The notes beneath the pieces are model-generated. The model made no database searches. It was not told the DNA's origin and saw nothing but the letters and a program-made list of their open reading frames with translations. Shown one piece after another: positions 10,059-17,960 of a stretch of 64,000 nucleotides of DNA. Numbering within the stretch: the stretch's first letter is position 1; the number at the start of each line of letters is the position of its first letter. Source of the DNA: a virus; IMG/VR virus record IMGVR_UViG_3300022890_000019, positions 1 to 64,000 of that record; one strand, written 5' to 3'. The position numbers and the translations under genes were made by a program.

Positions 10059-10478
10059 ATGAGACTAAAACTATTTCGTATCTATAAAAATGATAAATGT
10101 ATTTCAGGGATACTATATGTGATATTCTTTGGAGTCATCATCACTAAGTTTTATACCCTAGAGAGACCCTGGAAAGAGAATAAGACTTTTGTATCTTGTA
10201 TCTATAAAGGAATATTCAAGGTAGTACCCTTTTCAGGAAAGAAGTTTAAAGATGTCTTTGAAATAAAAGATGTAGAAAATAGATCTGCTATTTTGTTTCA
10301 TCCTGCTAATCATGTTCATGAACTCCTAGGATGTATTGCTATCGGAGATAAGGTAACACATAAGCCTGATGGCGAATATTCTGTATGGAATAGTAGGAAT
10401 GCAATGGATAAACTCAAGAAGCTTGTTAATAACTACCGTAAGATTACTGGTAGATCTGTATATTTAGAAATTGTATAA
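10059..10478 (+). CDS. DUF5675-family protein
   Basis: YTLERPWKENK..VSCI..G, RSAILFHPAN...LLGCIAIG, NSRNAM motifs. Confidence 0.75.
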   Translation: MRLKLFRIYKNDKCISGILYVIFFGVIITKFYTLERPWKENKTFVSCIYKGIFKVVPFSGKKFKDVFEIKDVENRSAILFHPANHVHELLGCIAIGDKVTHKPDGEYSVWNSRNAMDKLKKLVNNYRKITGRSVYLEIV

Positions 10479-10489
10479 ACATTTAAACT

Positions 10490-10825
10490 ATGAAAAAACT
10501 AATTGTAATATGTGTAATAGCACTTATTGTATTCTCCTGCAAAAAAGCAGATGATGATAATATCCAACCTAAAGCCTATTTTACCTGTCCCTCTGAAGCA
10601 GTTGTAGGACATAAAGTAATGTTTAATGCTAGTGAATCTATTGACGAAAGTGGAGAGATTATAAGATACTCCTGGAACTTCGGTGATGGTACAACACAGG
10701 ACATTATTATAAGCCAGATAGGATATATCTATTCTGAAACTGGAATATATTATGTAGAGCTTCGTGTATTTGATGTTAAGAATTGGAGTTCATCTTATTC
10801 TAAATATATAATAATAAGAAAATGA
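10490..10825 (+). CDS. Lipoprotein with PKD domain
   Basis: MKK + hydrophobic stretch + lipobox VFSC; FNASES...YSWNFGDGT...YSETGIYYVELRV (PKD signature). Confidence 0.85.
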   Translation: MKKLIVICVIALIVFSCKKADDDNIQPKAYFTCPSEAVVGHKVMFNASESIDESGEIIRYSWNFGDGTTQDIIISQIGYIYSETGIYYVELRVFDVKNWSSSYSKYIIIRK

Positions 10826-10953
10826 TAACTAATCTATATTTACAGTTACTTGTCTGTTTAGCCTTTATGTTTTATGGAGTAATACTTGGAATGGCAATAC
10901 CTGAACATTGGTATACAGAATATAAAAATAAGAAAGGAAAGAATAATGAGTAA
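10822..10953 (+). pseudogene. Small membrane protein with apparent 1-nt frameshift
   Basis: Removing one A from ATGATAACTAATC gives MILIYILQLLVCLAFMFYGVILGMAIPEHWY...KGKNNE*, which exactly fills the gap between its neighbours. Confidence 0.35.
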
Positions 10954-11545
10954 AATAAAAGAACTATTCAACGAGGATAACACCTCTATAAAAAAAGCAA
11001 TAGAATCCATTGACGCGAAGATGTTGAAGTATCAAATAACTAATAAGTTTGATACTATCTTCGACTTGATTGGTGAGGATTTAAGAGACATTGAAATACT
11101 TGAATCGTTATCCCAATCAATAAATGAGGATGGTGATAAAGTTTTATCTTTCGATGCAGATAAAGGTAAAATATCTATTATTATTGATAAGGAAGGTAAG
11201 GATGTACATATGTCATTTGTGGGTGATAAAGGTAATGGGTATAATCATATTCAAATTTATCCTCAGCTATCCCACCCCACAGAAGGTGATATTACCTATA
11301 AATGCTGTAGGTGTAATTATACATGGACACATGAAGATGATGCTTGTCCTCAATGTGGTTGTAAGGAAGTTACTGATATTAAAGTTAGGTTATCCCAACC
11401 AATTACCGATAGACAGGTAATAGATGAGGCATATAGTTTGTATCCAATGATTTATACAGATACAGAAGAGAGTACTAGAATGAAAATATTACGAGATAGT
11501 TTTATAATAGGTGCTAAATGGCTAAGAGAGAAAGGAAACAAATAA
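10946..11545 (+). CDS. Mosaic hypothetical protein with zinc ribbon
   Basis: Likely start ATG 10946 (MSKIKE); CCRC...CPQCGC; segments joined by LS(H/Q)P linkers. Confidence 0.65.
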   Translation: MSKIKELFNEDNTSIKKAIESIDAKMLKYQITNKFDTIFDLIGEDLRDIEILESLSQSINEDGDKVLSFDADKGKISIIIDKEGKDVHMSFVGDKGNGYNHIQIYPQLSHPTEGDITYKCCRCNYTWTHEDDACPQCGCKEVTDIKVRLSQPITDRQVIDEAYSLYPMIYTDTEESTRMKILRDSFIIGAKWLREKGNK

Positions 11546-11548
11546 ATT

Positions 11549-12124
11549 ATGAAAACAATAATATTGAACAATGAAAATTATACCTATAGTTCTAAAAAGG
11601 AATTATTAGCTATAATTGAAAAGTATCCTAATATTAATTTTTTAGGTAGATATGAAATAGGTGACTATTTCACAGCTGGTGACAATTTCACAGCTGGTGA
11701 CAATTTCACAGCTGGTGATAGTTTCAAAGCTGGTTACAATTTCAAAGCTGGTGACAATTTCACAGCTGGTTACAATTTCACAGCTGGTGACAATTTCACA
11801 GCTGGTGACTATTTCAAAGCTGGTGACAATTTCACAGCTGGTGATAGTTTCAAAGCTGGTTACAATTTCAAAGCTGGTGACGGTTTCAAAATAAAAAATC
11901 ACATAATAATCCCTAATACATACAAGTATATTGCTCGTTGTTATTATGAAGAAAACAGTAAGCAATGGTATGTCCAATTAGGATGTTTTTTAAGAACATT
12001 ATCAGAATGGGAGAATGATTTTTGGAATAATAAAAATGAATTTCCTAATGATAAGAATAAAAACTCAACTAAAAGGCTCCGGGTATATAATCTATTAAAA
12101 GTAATTATTCTGGAACTGGATTAA
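11549..12124 (+). CDS. Hexapeptide-repeat (beta-helix) protein
   Basis: About 13 copies of G[DY][NYS]F[TK]A, followed by a VQLGC..TLSEWENDFWNN..EFP domain. Confidence 0.8.
   Translation: MKTIILNNENYTYSSKKELLAIIEKYPNINFLGRYEIGDYFTAGDNFTAGDNFTAGDSFKAGYNFKAGDNFTAGYNFTAGDNFTAGDYFKAGDNFTAGDSFKAGYNFKAGDGFKIKNHIIIPNTYKYIARCYYEENSKQWYVQLGCFLRTLSEWENDFWNNKNEFPNDKNKNSTKRLRVYNLLKVIILELD
11660..11890 (+). repeat. 18-bp tandem repeat, 12 full copies plus 15 bp (consensus GGTGACAATTTCACAGCT)
   Basis: Read directly from the sequence. Confidence 0.95.
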
Positions 12125-12145
12125 ATTAATAAAGAAAGGAAACAA

Positions 12146-12622
12146 ATGAAAAAAGAAATAAAAGAAATGGTATTGAAAATAGTAGATGACTGTTTTTATA
12201 TATTTGCAAGTGGTTATAGGGAAGAAGCAGAAAATAATGCAAGGATTGTATTTGAAGAGTTATATCCTCAGTTATCCCAACCAAATAGAATAAACACAAG
12301 AGAAGAAATAATAGAAGCACTCTCATTTGAATTTCAAGAAAAATATAACAGAAGTCCTTTTATCCAAGAGATAGAAGATGATGAGTGTTATTGTGATTCT
12401 TACGTTGTGTTCTTACATGATAAATTATCTAACCAACCAGTAAGCGATGAATGGATTCATTTTAAAACACAATTACCAACTCCAAAAGATCTGCCTTTTA
12501 TCACCGAAGACTTTGATAAATTTTTCGAAGTATGGAAAGATTCGGATTATTTTGATAAACTAACAGATAACGACAGGGATTTATTTGTAAAATGGAAACC
12601 TATTAACCCACCTATTAATTAA
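12146..12622 (+). CDS. Mosaic hypothetical protein
   Basis: 158 aa; YPQLSQP and LSNQPVSDEW linkers. Confidence 0.65.
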   Translation: MKKEIKEMVLKIVDDCFYIFASGYREEAENNARIVFEELYPQLSQPNRINTREEIIEALSFEFQEKYNRSPFIQEIEDDECYCDSYVVFLHDKLSNQPVSDEWIHFKTQLPTPKDLPFITEDFDKFFEVWKDSDYFDKLTDNDRDLFVKWKPINPPIN

Positions 12623-12638
12623 GAGAGAAAGGAAACAA

Positions 12639-13214
12639 ATGAAAGTAATATGGAAAAAACTAAATTACAAGTCAGATAAAGAAACTGTATCAATTTATTG
12701 GGATGATAAATCTATCAATTATCATTACAATTTTATTGAAAAAAGTATAGCAGAAAGCATAAGTAAATGCGAAACTATGTTAGATATTGGTGCTGGATAT
12801 GGACATTGGGTAAAATTTTATCAAAACTCCTACAAAGCAAAAGTAGAAGCAATAGAACCAGGATTAAACGAATACAATATAAAAAAATATAGGGGTTTTA
12901 TTCAAGACATTACAACAGGGAAAAAGTATGATGTTATTAATGCAATAGGAGTATTACATCACATCAAAAAAGACAAAGACCTTGTAAAAGCGTTGAGTAA
13001 TATTGAATCAATGATGCACTCTGAAAGCATGTTGGTAATTGGTACAAGATTTGATTTTTTGACAGTGCCAAAAGAGTTAAACAGAAAATATAGGACACAT
13101 CCACAATGGAAGGAATTACTTAAAAACTTTGATATAATTAAAGTCAAAAGAAGTAACCCACCATTTGAATGCAGAAAGCATTTAGATGTAATTATTTGTA
13201 AGAAGAAAGGATAA
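12639..13214 (+). CDS. Class I SAM-dependent methyltransferase
   Basis: MLDIGAGYG motif I; KYDVINAIGVLHHI. Confidence 0.85.
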   Translation: MKVIWKKLNYKSDKETVSIYWDDKSINYHYNFIEKSIAESISKCETMLDIGAGYGHWVKFYQNSYKAKVEAIEPGLNEYNIKKYRGFIQDITTGKKYDVINAIGVLHHIKKDKDLVKALSNIESMMHSESMLVIGTRFDFLTVPKELNRKYRTHPQWKELLKNFDIIKVKRSNPPFECRKHLDVIICKKKG

Positions 13215-13217
13215 ACA

Positions 13218-13505
13218 ATGATATACATATACTATCTACCAAAAGAATTTACTAAAGATATCGAGTTACCCTGCCATAGAGATAATAATAACTTTGAAGA
13301 TCAGATGTTAGAGCATCCAAAGACTAAAAGATATTCTCTATATAGCTTTGAAAAACTGTTTAACAAGGATAAGGTTAATGATGGATGGTTAGTTTTTAAA
13401 GATGTACCTGCTGAAGAGTTAGCTAATGAACTAGTAGAAAGGTATAAGATAAACAAAAGACCTGATCCTCAATATACATTTTATGAAAAGCCAAAAGATG
13501 AATGA
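13218..13505 (+). CDS. Hypothetical protein
   Basis: 95-aa ORF. Confidence 0.55.
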   Translation: MIYIYYLPKEFTKDIELPCHRDNNNFEDQMLEHPKTKRYSLYSFEKLFNKDKVNDGWLVFKDVPAEELANELVERYKINKRPDPQYTFYEKPKDE

Positions 13506-13578
13506 ATACGAAATCCAATACTATTTAGAATGTAAGAATGATACTTGGAAAGAGTATAGAGATAATCAAAAATTATGA
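13498..13578 (+). CDS. Very small ORF (26 aa) missed by the ORF track
   Basis: MNEYEIQYYLECKNDTWKEYRDNQKL; overlaps both neighbours in coupled fashion. Confidence 0.4.
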   Translation: MNEYEIQYYLECKNDTWKEYRDNQKL

Positions 13579-13817
13579 ATTATAACAAAACAGATAAAGA
13601 CGGAGTTAATTTTTCTATCTATTCGGAATTAGATGGATTATTCCAAATGGAGATAGAAGATGGGAAAAAGTCGGCTGTTGTATTTTTGACATACAATGAT
13701 ATGATAGATTTAATGAGATGGTTTAAATATTCTCAGCATACTGAAATGGCAGATATTTATAAATTAATAGATTTACCAAAAGATATATGGAATGTAATTA
13801 AAAATAAAGACAAATGA
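13575..13817 (+). CDS. Hypothetical protein
   Basis: 80-aa ORF. Confidence 0.55.
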   Translation: MNYNKTDKDGVNFSIYSELDGLFQMEIEDGKKSAVVFLTYNDMIDLMRWFKYSQHTEMADIYKLIDLPKDIWNVIKNKDK

Positions 13818-14335
13818 AGACCTGTAGTGTAATAGGATGTAATAACCCTTCATTTGGGAAAGATAAGAGTACAGGTGAACCATTCTGTCGGTTTCATCAA
13901 TATCTTCGTACAGACCTATCTAAACCTAAAAACTATTCTAAGCCTATTCCTAAGAAACGATTCAACGCTAAGTTCGATTATGATACGTCATATGGGTATG
14001 ATAGTGAGACGATCATGTATAAAAAGGTATGGAGTACCCAAAAGGGGTTATCGTTTGTCTCAGGGCTTGAAATCAATGCATATGATAAAGAGACCTGTAA
14101 GTGTTTTGCTCATGTGTTAGAGAAAGCTATTAACAAGTTCCCTCACTTTAGGTTTAACCTAGAAAACATAGTACTGTTAACATGGGATGAACATCATCTT
14201 TGGGATCAAGGTAGTGAAGACAGTCGTAAAAGGTATGCTGAGAAGATGGCTAAAGAAGGCATCATAGTAGACTGGAATAAGCTTAAATTACTTCAAGGAA
14301 AATTAATAATAATTTATAAAGAAAAATACAAATGA
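13814..14335 (+). CDS. Zn-binding HNH-like protein
   Basis: N-terminal CxxxxC...CxxH; AHVLEK...NLENIVLLTWDEHHLWD resembles an HNH-type core. Confidence 0.55.
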   Translation: MKTCSVIGCNNPSFGKDKSTGEPFCRFHQYLRTDLSKPKNYSKPIPKKRFNAKFDYDTSYGYDSETIMYKKVWSTQKGLSFVSGLEINAYDKETCKCFAHVLEKAINKFPHFRFNLENIVLLTWDEHHLWDQGSEDSRKRYAEKMAKEGIIVDWNKLKLLQGKLIIIYKEKYK

Positions 14336-14682
14336 AAATAAAAGATATTGTTGCCTGGTTAGGAAAAACTGATGAGTTTAATAAGAAGCTCAGTAATCGA
14401 ATCGATGAACATGGTAAAAGGATTCATGATCTTGAATTTAGTGAAAATAAGGAAGCTAAAAAAAATGGTTCTGATATCTATGATTTAAAAAGTAGACTAA
14501 AGTCTCGTATAAACAAAGAAATTCTATTAGAACAACAAGTAGAAAGATTACTAGAAAGTGATCAGATATTGCGTGATAAGATTGTAGAACTGGAAAAGTC
14601 AAAACATCACTTTGAACTACTACTTGAATATCTAGATCTAGAAATTAAAGATCAACCTTGTAAAAAAATAGCAAAGAAATGA
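14332..14682 (+). CDS. Coiled-coil protein
   Basis: Heptad-rich, 116 aa. Confidence 0.6.
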   Translation: MKIKDIVAWLGKTDEFNKKLSNRIDEHGKRIHDLEFSENKEAKKNGSDIYDLKSRLKSRINKEILLEQQVERLLESDQILRDKIVELEKSKHHFELLLEYLDLEIKDQPCKKIAKK

Positions 14683-15407
14683 ATAAATCACAATTTCCTT
14701 GGCAGGGATATAATTGGAACTGTGGAGACATAGGATGGGATATCATACATCCACAAAAAGCATACTGCTGGCATGATAAGTCTTGTGTCCTCTTAAAAGA
14801 AGACTGGATATACCTACATGCTAGAGAGAATCTTAAACATTTTGATCTATGGAGTGAAAAGCATGGTGTATACTACCGTGGAGATAGCCCTGTAGGGGTT
14901 GGATGGATACAGTCTTTTAACACCTTTACCTATGGATACTTTGAAGTAGAATGTATCCTACCTACCGGTGATAATATGTGGCCTGCTATCTGGCTTACCG
15001 GTGCAGACTCCTGGCCTCCTGAAATAGACATCATGGAAGGCTATAGTAACAAGAGAGGATCATACTGGAACTGGATACCCTTCTGGGATGTAAATACTAA
15101 TATGCACTTTAAGAATCCGGATCAGGAGAAGACAAGTATAAAAGCTAAGTCCCACTGGATAAGATGTGGTAGACCTAATGAGAACTTCCATACCTATGCT
15201 ATTGACTGGCAGAAGGATTATGTAAGGTTTTACTATGATCATAAGCTTAGAAGAGAGATCGTTGATCCTAGTGTACTACAGACCTTTGTTAATGCTAGAA
15301 TGAAGGTTATTATTAACAATCATATTAACTCTGGTACCAATACAGCAGACTTCCAAGAAGTAGATCCTATGATAGTAACTTATTTTAAATACAGAGAACA
15401 GAAATGA
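14679..15407 (+). CDS. Glycoside hydrolase family 16 (beta-glucanase-like)
   Basis: FTYGYFE...WPAIWL...WPPEIDIMEG (catalytic ExDxxE), FHTYAIDW...FYYD. Confidence 0.9.
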   Translation: MNKSQFPWQGYNWNCGDIGWDIIHPQKAYCWHDKSCVLLKEDWIYLHARENLKHFDLWSEKHGVYYRGDSPVGVGWIQSFNTFTYGYFEVECILPTGDNMWPAIWLTGADSWPPEIDIMEGYSNKRGSYWNWIPFWDVNTNMHFKNPDQEKTSIKAKSHWIRCGRPNENFHTYAIDWQKDYVRFYYDHKLRREIVDPSVLQTFVNARMKVIINNHINSGTNTADFQEVDPMIVTYFKYREQK

Positions 15408-15667
15408 CATTGATACCTATCCTTATACCAAATAAGATAGTGATCGCTTCGCTAGACGGCTTTGCAGTCAACGGTGGACATTTTACTATATACTCAGAAG
15501 ATGAACATACCGGAGATGATATGAAGATGGCTAAGAGAGTATTACGCCAGGAGCATGATATTGCCAGTGTATGCGTCATCCCAATGAAACCTCACCAGAA
15601 AGAAGTATACAGAACAATTCAACAAGACATTAAACGCTTTGAACAAACACATGGAGTAATATTATGA
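15404..15667 (+). CDS. Hypothetical protein
   Basis: 87-aa ORF, ATGA coupling. Confidence 0.55.
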   Translation: MTLIPILIPNKIVIASLDGFAVNGGHFTIYSEDEHTGDDMKMAKRVLRQEHDIASVCVIPMKPHQKEVYRTIQQDIKRFEQTHGVIL

Positions 15668-15867
15668 GTAGGAAAACGAGATTTAGGACTAGGATACAAG
15701 TAGAATTAAGATCTTTTAAGCTAGTTAACTATGATATTGAAGATACTACAGACTATATCATAAAGATTTTTGATAATAATAAATACTATTTTCACTGGCA
15801 TAGCTTCATGTGGGGAGTTATAATAGGCACAGCATTAATGGCAATAGGAACACAAGTAAATTTATAA
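15664..15867 (+). CDS. Small membrane protein
   Basis: C-terminal hydrophobic FMWGVIIGTALMAIG. Confidence 0.55.
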   Translation: MSRKTRFRTRIQVELRSFKLVNYDIEDTTDYIIKIFDNNKYYFHWHSFMWGVIIGTALMAIGTQVNL

Positions 15868-15869
15868 CT

Positions 15870-16091
15870 ATGAAAACAAAACAAATAACGAACAGTAGCA
15901 CTATCCAAGAGATAGGCTATGATGAAGAGACTAAGACCTTATACATTATCTTTAAGGGTAGTGGTAAATATCTTTACTATGATGTACCTAAAGAGGTATG
16001 GGAGGCAATGGTAAAGGCAAAGTCTACAGGAAAGTTCTTTTACAGAGAGATTAAAGGAGGTTATGAATATGATAGGGAGAAAAAGAAATGA
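15870..16091 (+). CDS. KTSC-domain protein
   Basis: SSTIQEIGYDEETKTLYIIFKGSGKYLYYDVP...AKSTGKFF...IKGGY; likely start 15870. Confidence 0.9.
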   Translation: MKTKQITNSSTIQEIGYDEETKTLYIIFKGSGKYLYYDVPKEVWEAMVKAKSTGKFFYREIKGGYEYDREKKK

Positions 16092-16315
16092 GTAACCGAA
16101 AAGCAAATGAGACAGCAAAATTTACTTTAAAAGAAAATGGTTTTTATACAGGTAATCTATGGAGTATTGAAGATGTAATGAATAAGTTTACCTGTAGCGA
16201 TGATGAAGCTCAGAAGATCCTTAATAATGTAATGACTAATGAGACTTTGATGATATCAATTAATGAAATGATCTTAAAAGAAGGAGAAGAAATAGGATTA
16301 ATAAAAAAAGAATAA
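16088..16315 (+). CDS. Hypothetical protein
   Basis: LWSIEDV...DDEAQKIL motif, 75 aa. Confidence 0.6.
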   Translation: MSNRKANETAKFTLKENGFYTGNLWSIEDVMNKFTCSDDEAQKILNNVMTNETLMISINEMILKEGEEIGLIKKE

Positions 16316-16317
16316 TA

Positions 16318-16488
16318 GTGTGTAAAACTTATATCTTCAGATGGGGTAATAATCCTAAGAGAAAAACACTAAAAGGTAGAGAGTGTATTATCCTTGCAGT
16401 AGGTAAGAAAGCTAGTGTGCTCGTTAAGTTTACTGATAATAACCAAAAGGAAATAGTAAGTAGAAGAGCCTTACACGGAGTTAAATAA
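16318..16488 (+). CDS. Small basic SH3-like phage protein (56 aa, GTG start; missed by the ORF track)
   Basis: MCKTYIFRWGNNPKRKTLKGRECIILAVGKKASVLVKFTDNNQKEIVSRRALHGVK, directly after the upstream stop. Confidence 0.6.
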   Translation: MCKTYIFRWGNNPKRKTLKGRECIILAVGKKASVLVKFTDNNQKEIVSRRALHGVK

Positions 16489-16497
16489 TCTTTTAAC

Positions 16498-16529
16498 TTG
16501 ACTTTTGGAAGGATATTTACTTATCTTTG
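16498..16529 (+). promoter_or_regulatory. Bacteroidota sigmaA-type promoter
   Basis: TTG-N21-TATCTTTG matches the -33 TTG / -7 TAnnTTTG consensus. Confidence 0.75.
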
Positions 16530-16534
16530 TGCAT

Positions 16535-17025
16535 GTCTATTACATCAATACAAAAATATTTGTGGGGAAGTTTCCCTAAAACAAAAAGTTCTTTAATGTG
16601 GTGTACTAGGCATATTTCACATAGGGAACTTCCAACACCACAACTTTTCAATTTTCATATTACGCTAATACATTATAGTCCTCCATAATAAGAGGGCTAT
16701 TTTTGTTAGTGGTGATAGCAATTCAAATACCATAATGATCACGTTAACCATGTACGACCAGATGAAAAGGTCAGTGGTTTGAGGCTTATGAGCTATGCTA
16801 AAATGAAGATGCATAGCCACGTTGATAGAGGAGATATAAGCTTGGGGTACACTGGATGCACTATATCGAGAAGTATAGCCTTACATAAAGCATCAAAAGG
16901 GGATGACGCTAGTTGCAATCGACAGAAGGGATTCTGAGGATATTATTTTCAACCTCTGCTTTTGTAGGGGTTGGGGATTCTACATAGGTTACTTCTCTCT
17001 TAAAGGGATGTAGAGGAGTAAGAAA
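16535..17025 (+). ncRNA. Candidate structured non-coding RNA or leader
   Basis: No ORF of 60 aa or more; promoter directly upstream; at least seven stems visible. Confidence 0.45.
16675..16704 (+). terminator. Intrinsic terminator or attenuator hairpin
   Basis: ATAGTCCTC-loop-GAGGGCTAT followed by a T-run. Confidence 0.6.
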
Positions 17026-17050
17026 TTAATTTAACTTTAAACTAATTATT

Positions 17051-17740
17051 ATGTCACTCAATAAACAAAAAGGTAATATGTATGACTTTATAACGCATAC
17101 ATGGAACACAGTAAAGGGTAAATGTCCACATGATTGTAGCTACTGTTATATGAAACGATGGAAAAATCAAAAATCAGTTAGATTTGATGAAAAAGAACTA
17201 AAAACAGATTTAGGTAATGGTAATTTTATATTTGTTGGAAGTAGTTGTGATTTATTTGCAAATGATATACCTAAAAAATGGATTTTAAAGACATTATACC
17301 ATTGTTATCAGTATGATAATAAATATCTATTTCAGACGAAAAATCCAGAAAGAATTCTACAATGGAAACATATTCCAATATTTGAAAAATCAGTTATCTG
17401 TACCACATTAGAAAGTGACTCTTATTATCCTGAAATAATGAAAGCCTCACCTGAACCAATGCAACGTAGTATAGCAATGCAAGAGATAAGTTTATTTGTT
17501 GATACTTATGTTACTATCGAACCTATAATGGAATTTCATTTAGAGCATTTTATTAAGATGATTAAACGTTGTAATCCAAAACAGGTAAATATTGGAGCAG
17601 ACAGTGGTGGTAGTAACTTACCAGAACCTTCCAAAGAAAAAATTCTTTCTCTTATTAAAGGATTAGAAGAATTTACAATAGTACATCAGAAACCTAACCT
17701 TAAACGATTAATACCATTGGTAAAAGATGGATCTATTTAG
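17051..17740 (+). CDS. Radical SAM protein (DUF5131 / phage gp37-gp68-like)
   Basis: TWNTVKGKCPHDCSYCY (CxxxCxxC), IFVGSSCDLF, FQTKNP, VTIEPI. Confidence 0.85.
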   Translation: MSLNKQKGNMYDFITHTWNTVKGKCPHDCSYCYMKRWKNQKSVRFDEKELKTDLGNGNFIFVGSSCDLFANDIPKKWILKTLYHCYQYDNKYLFQTKNPERILQWKHIPIFEKSVICTTLESDSYYPEIMKASPEPMQRSIAMQEISLFVDTYVTIEPIMEFHLEHFIKMIKRCNPKQVNIGADSGGSNLPEPSKEKILSLIKGLEEFTIVHQKPNLKRLIPLVKDGSI

Positions 17741-17960
17741 TAGTGTAGGAATAGACATAGACGCAATACCTAAAACAAAAAACTCTAATGATATGATAGA
17801 TACAGATAGGTATTGTACTATCTTTCACCTTTTGATGAAGTGGGAGACAGATATGAGTCCTTTCCTCTTACGTATCTACAATAAGTTTACCGAACAATCA
17901 CAACACTTAATATTAAAAGATAACATAATACAACTATGGATACAGAAACAAAACCAGTAA
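17727..17960 (+). CDS. Hypothetical protein
   Basis: 77-aa ORF overlapping its neighbours. Confidence 0.5.
   Translation: MDLFSSVGIDIDAIPKTKNSNDMIDTDRYCTIFHLLMKWETDMSPFLLRIYNKFTEQSQHLILKDNIIQLWIQKQNQ

Larger units (their letters stand above)
11523..12640 (+). repeat. Perfect 21-bp direct repeat TAAGAGAGAAAGGAAACAAAT at 11523-11543 and 12620-12640; partial copies at ~10931, 12133 and 13203
   Basis: Read directly; every copy lies at a gene junction. Confidence 0.85.

Noticed and set aside
11660-11890. Tandem repeat as a CRISPR mini-array or DGR template/variable repeat
   Set aside because: Units are contiguous with no spacers and stay in frame in a protein; variation is not adenine-specific; no reverse transcriptase or cas operon in the window
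16533-16688. 51-codon ORF in the structured leader
   Set aside because: The ATG lies at or before the expected transcription start and the peptide is not protein-like; RNA structure explains the sequence better
16899-16930. GGGGATGAC...ATCGACAG resembles a tmRNA 5' end
   Set aside because: No matching T-arm or acceptor 3' strand with CCA found upstream or downstream, and the spacing is off; needs ARAGORN or Rfam to exclude formally
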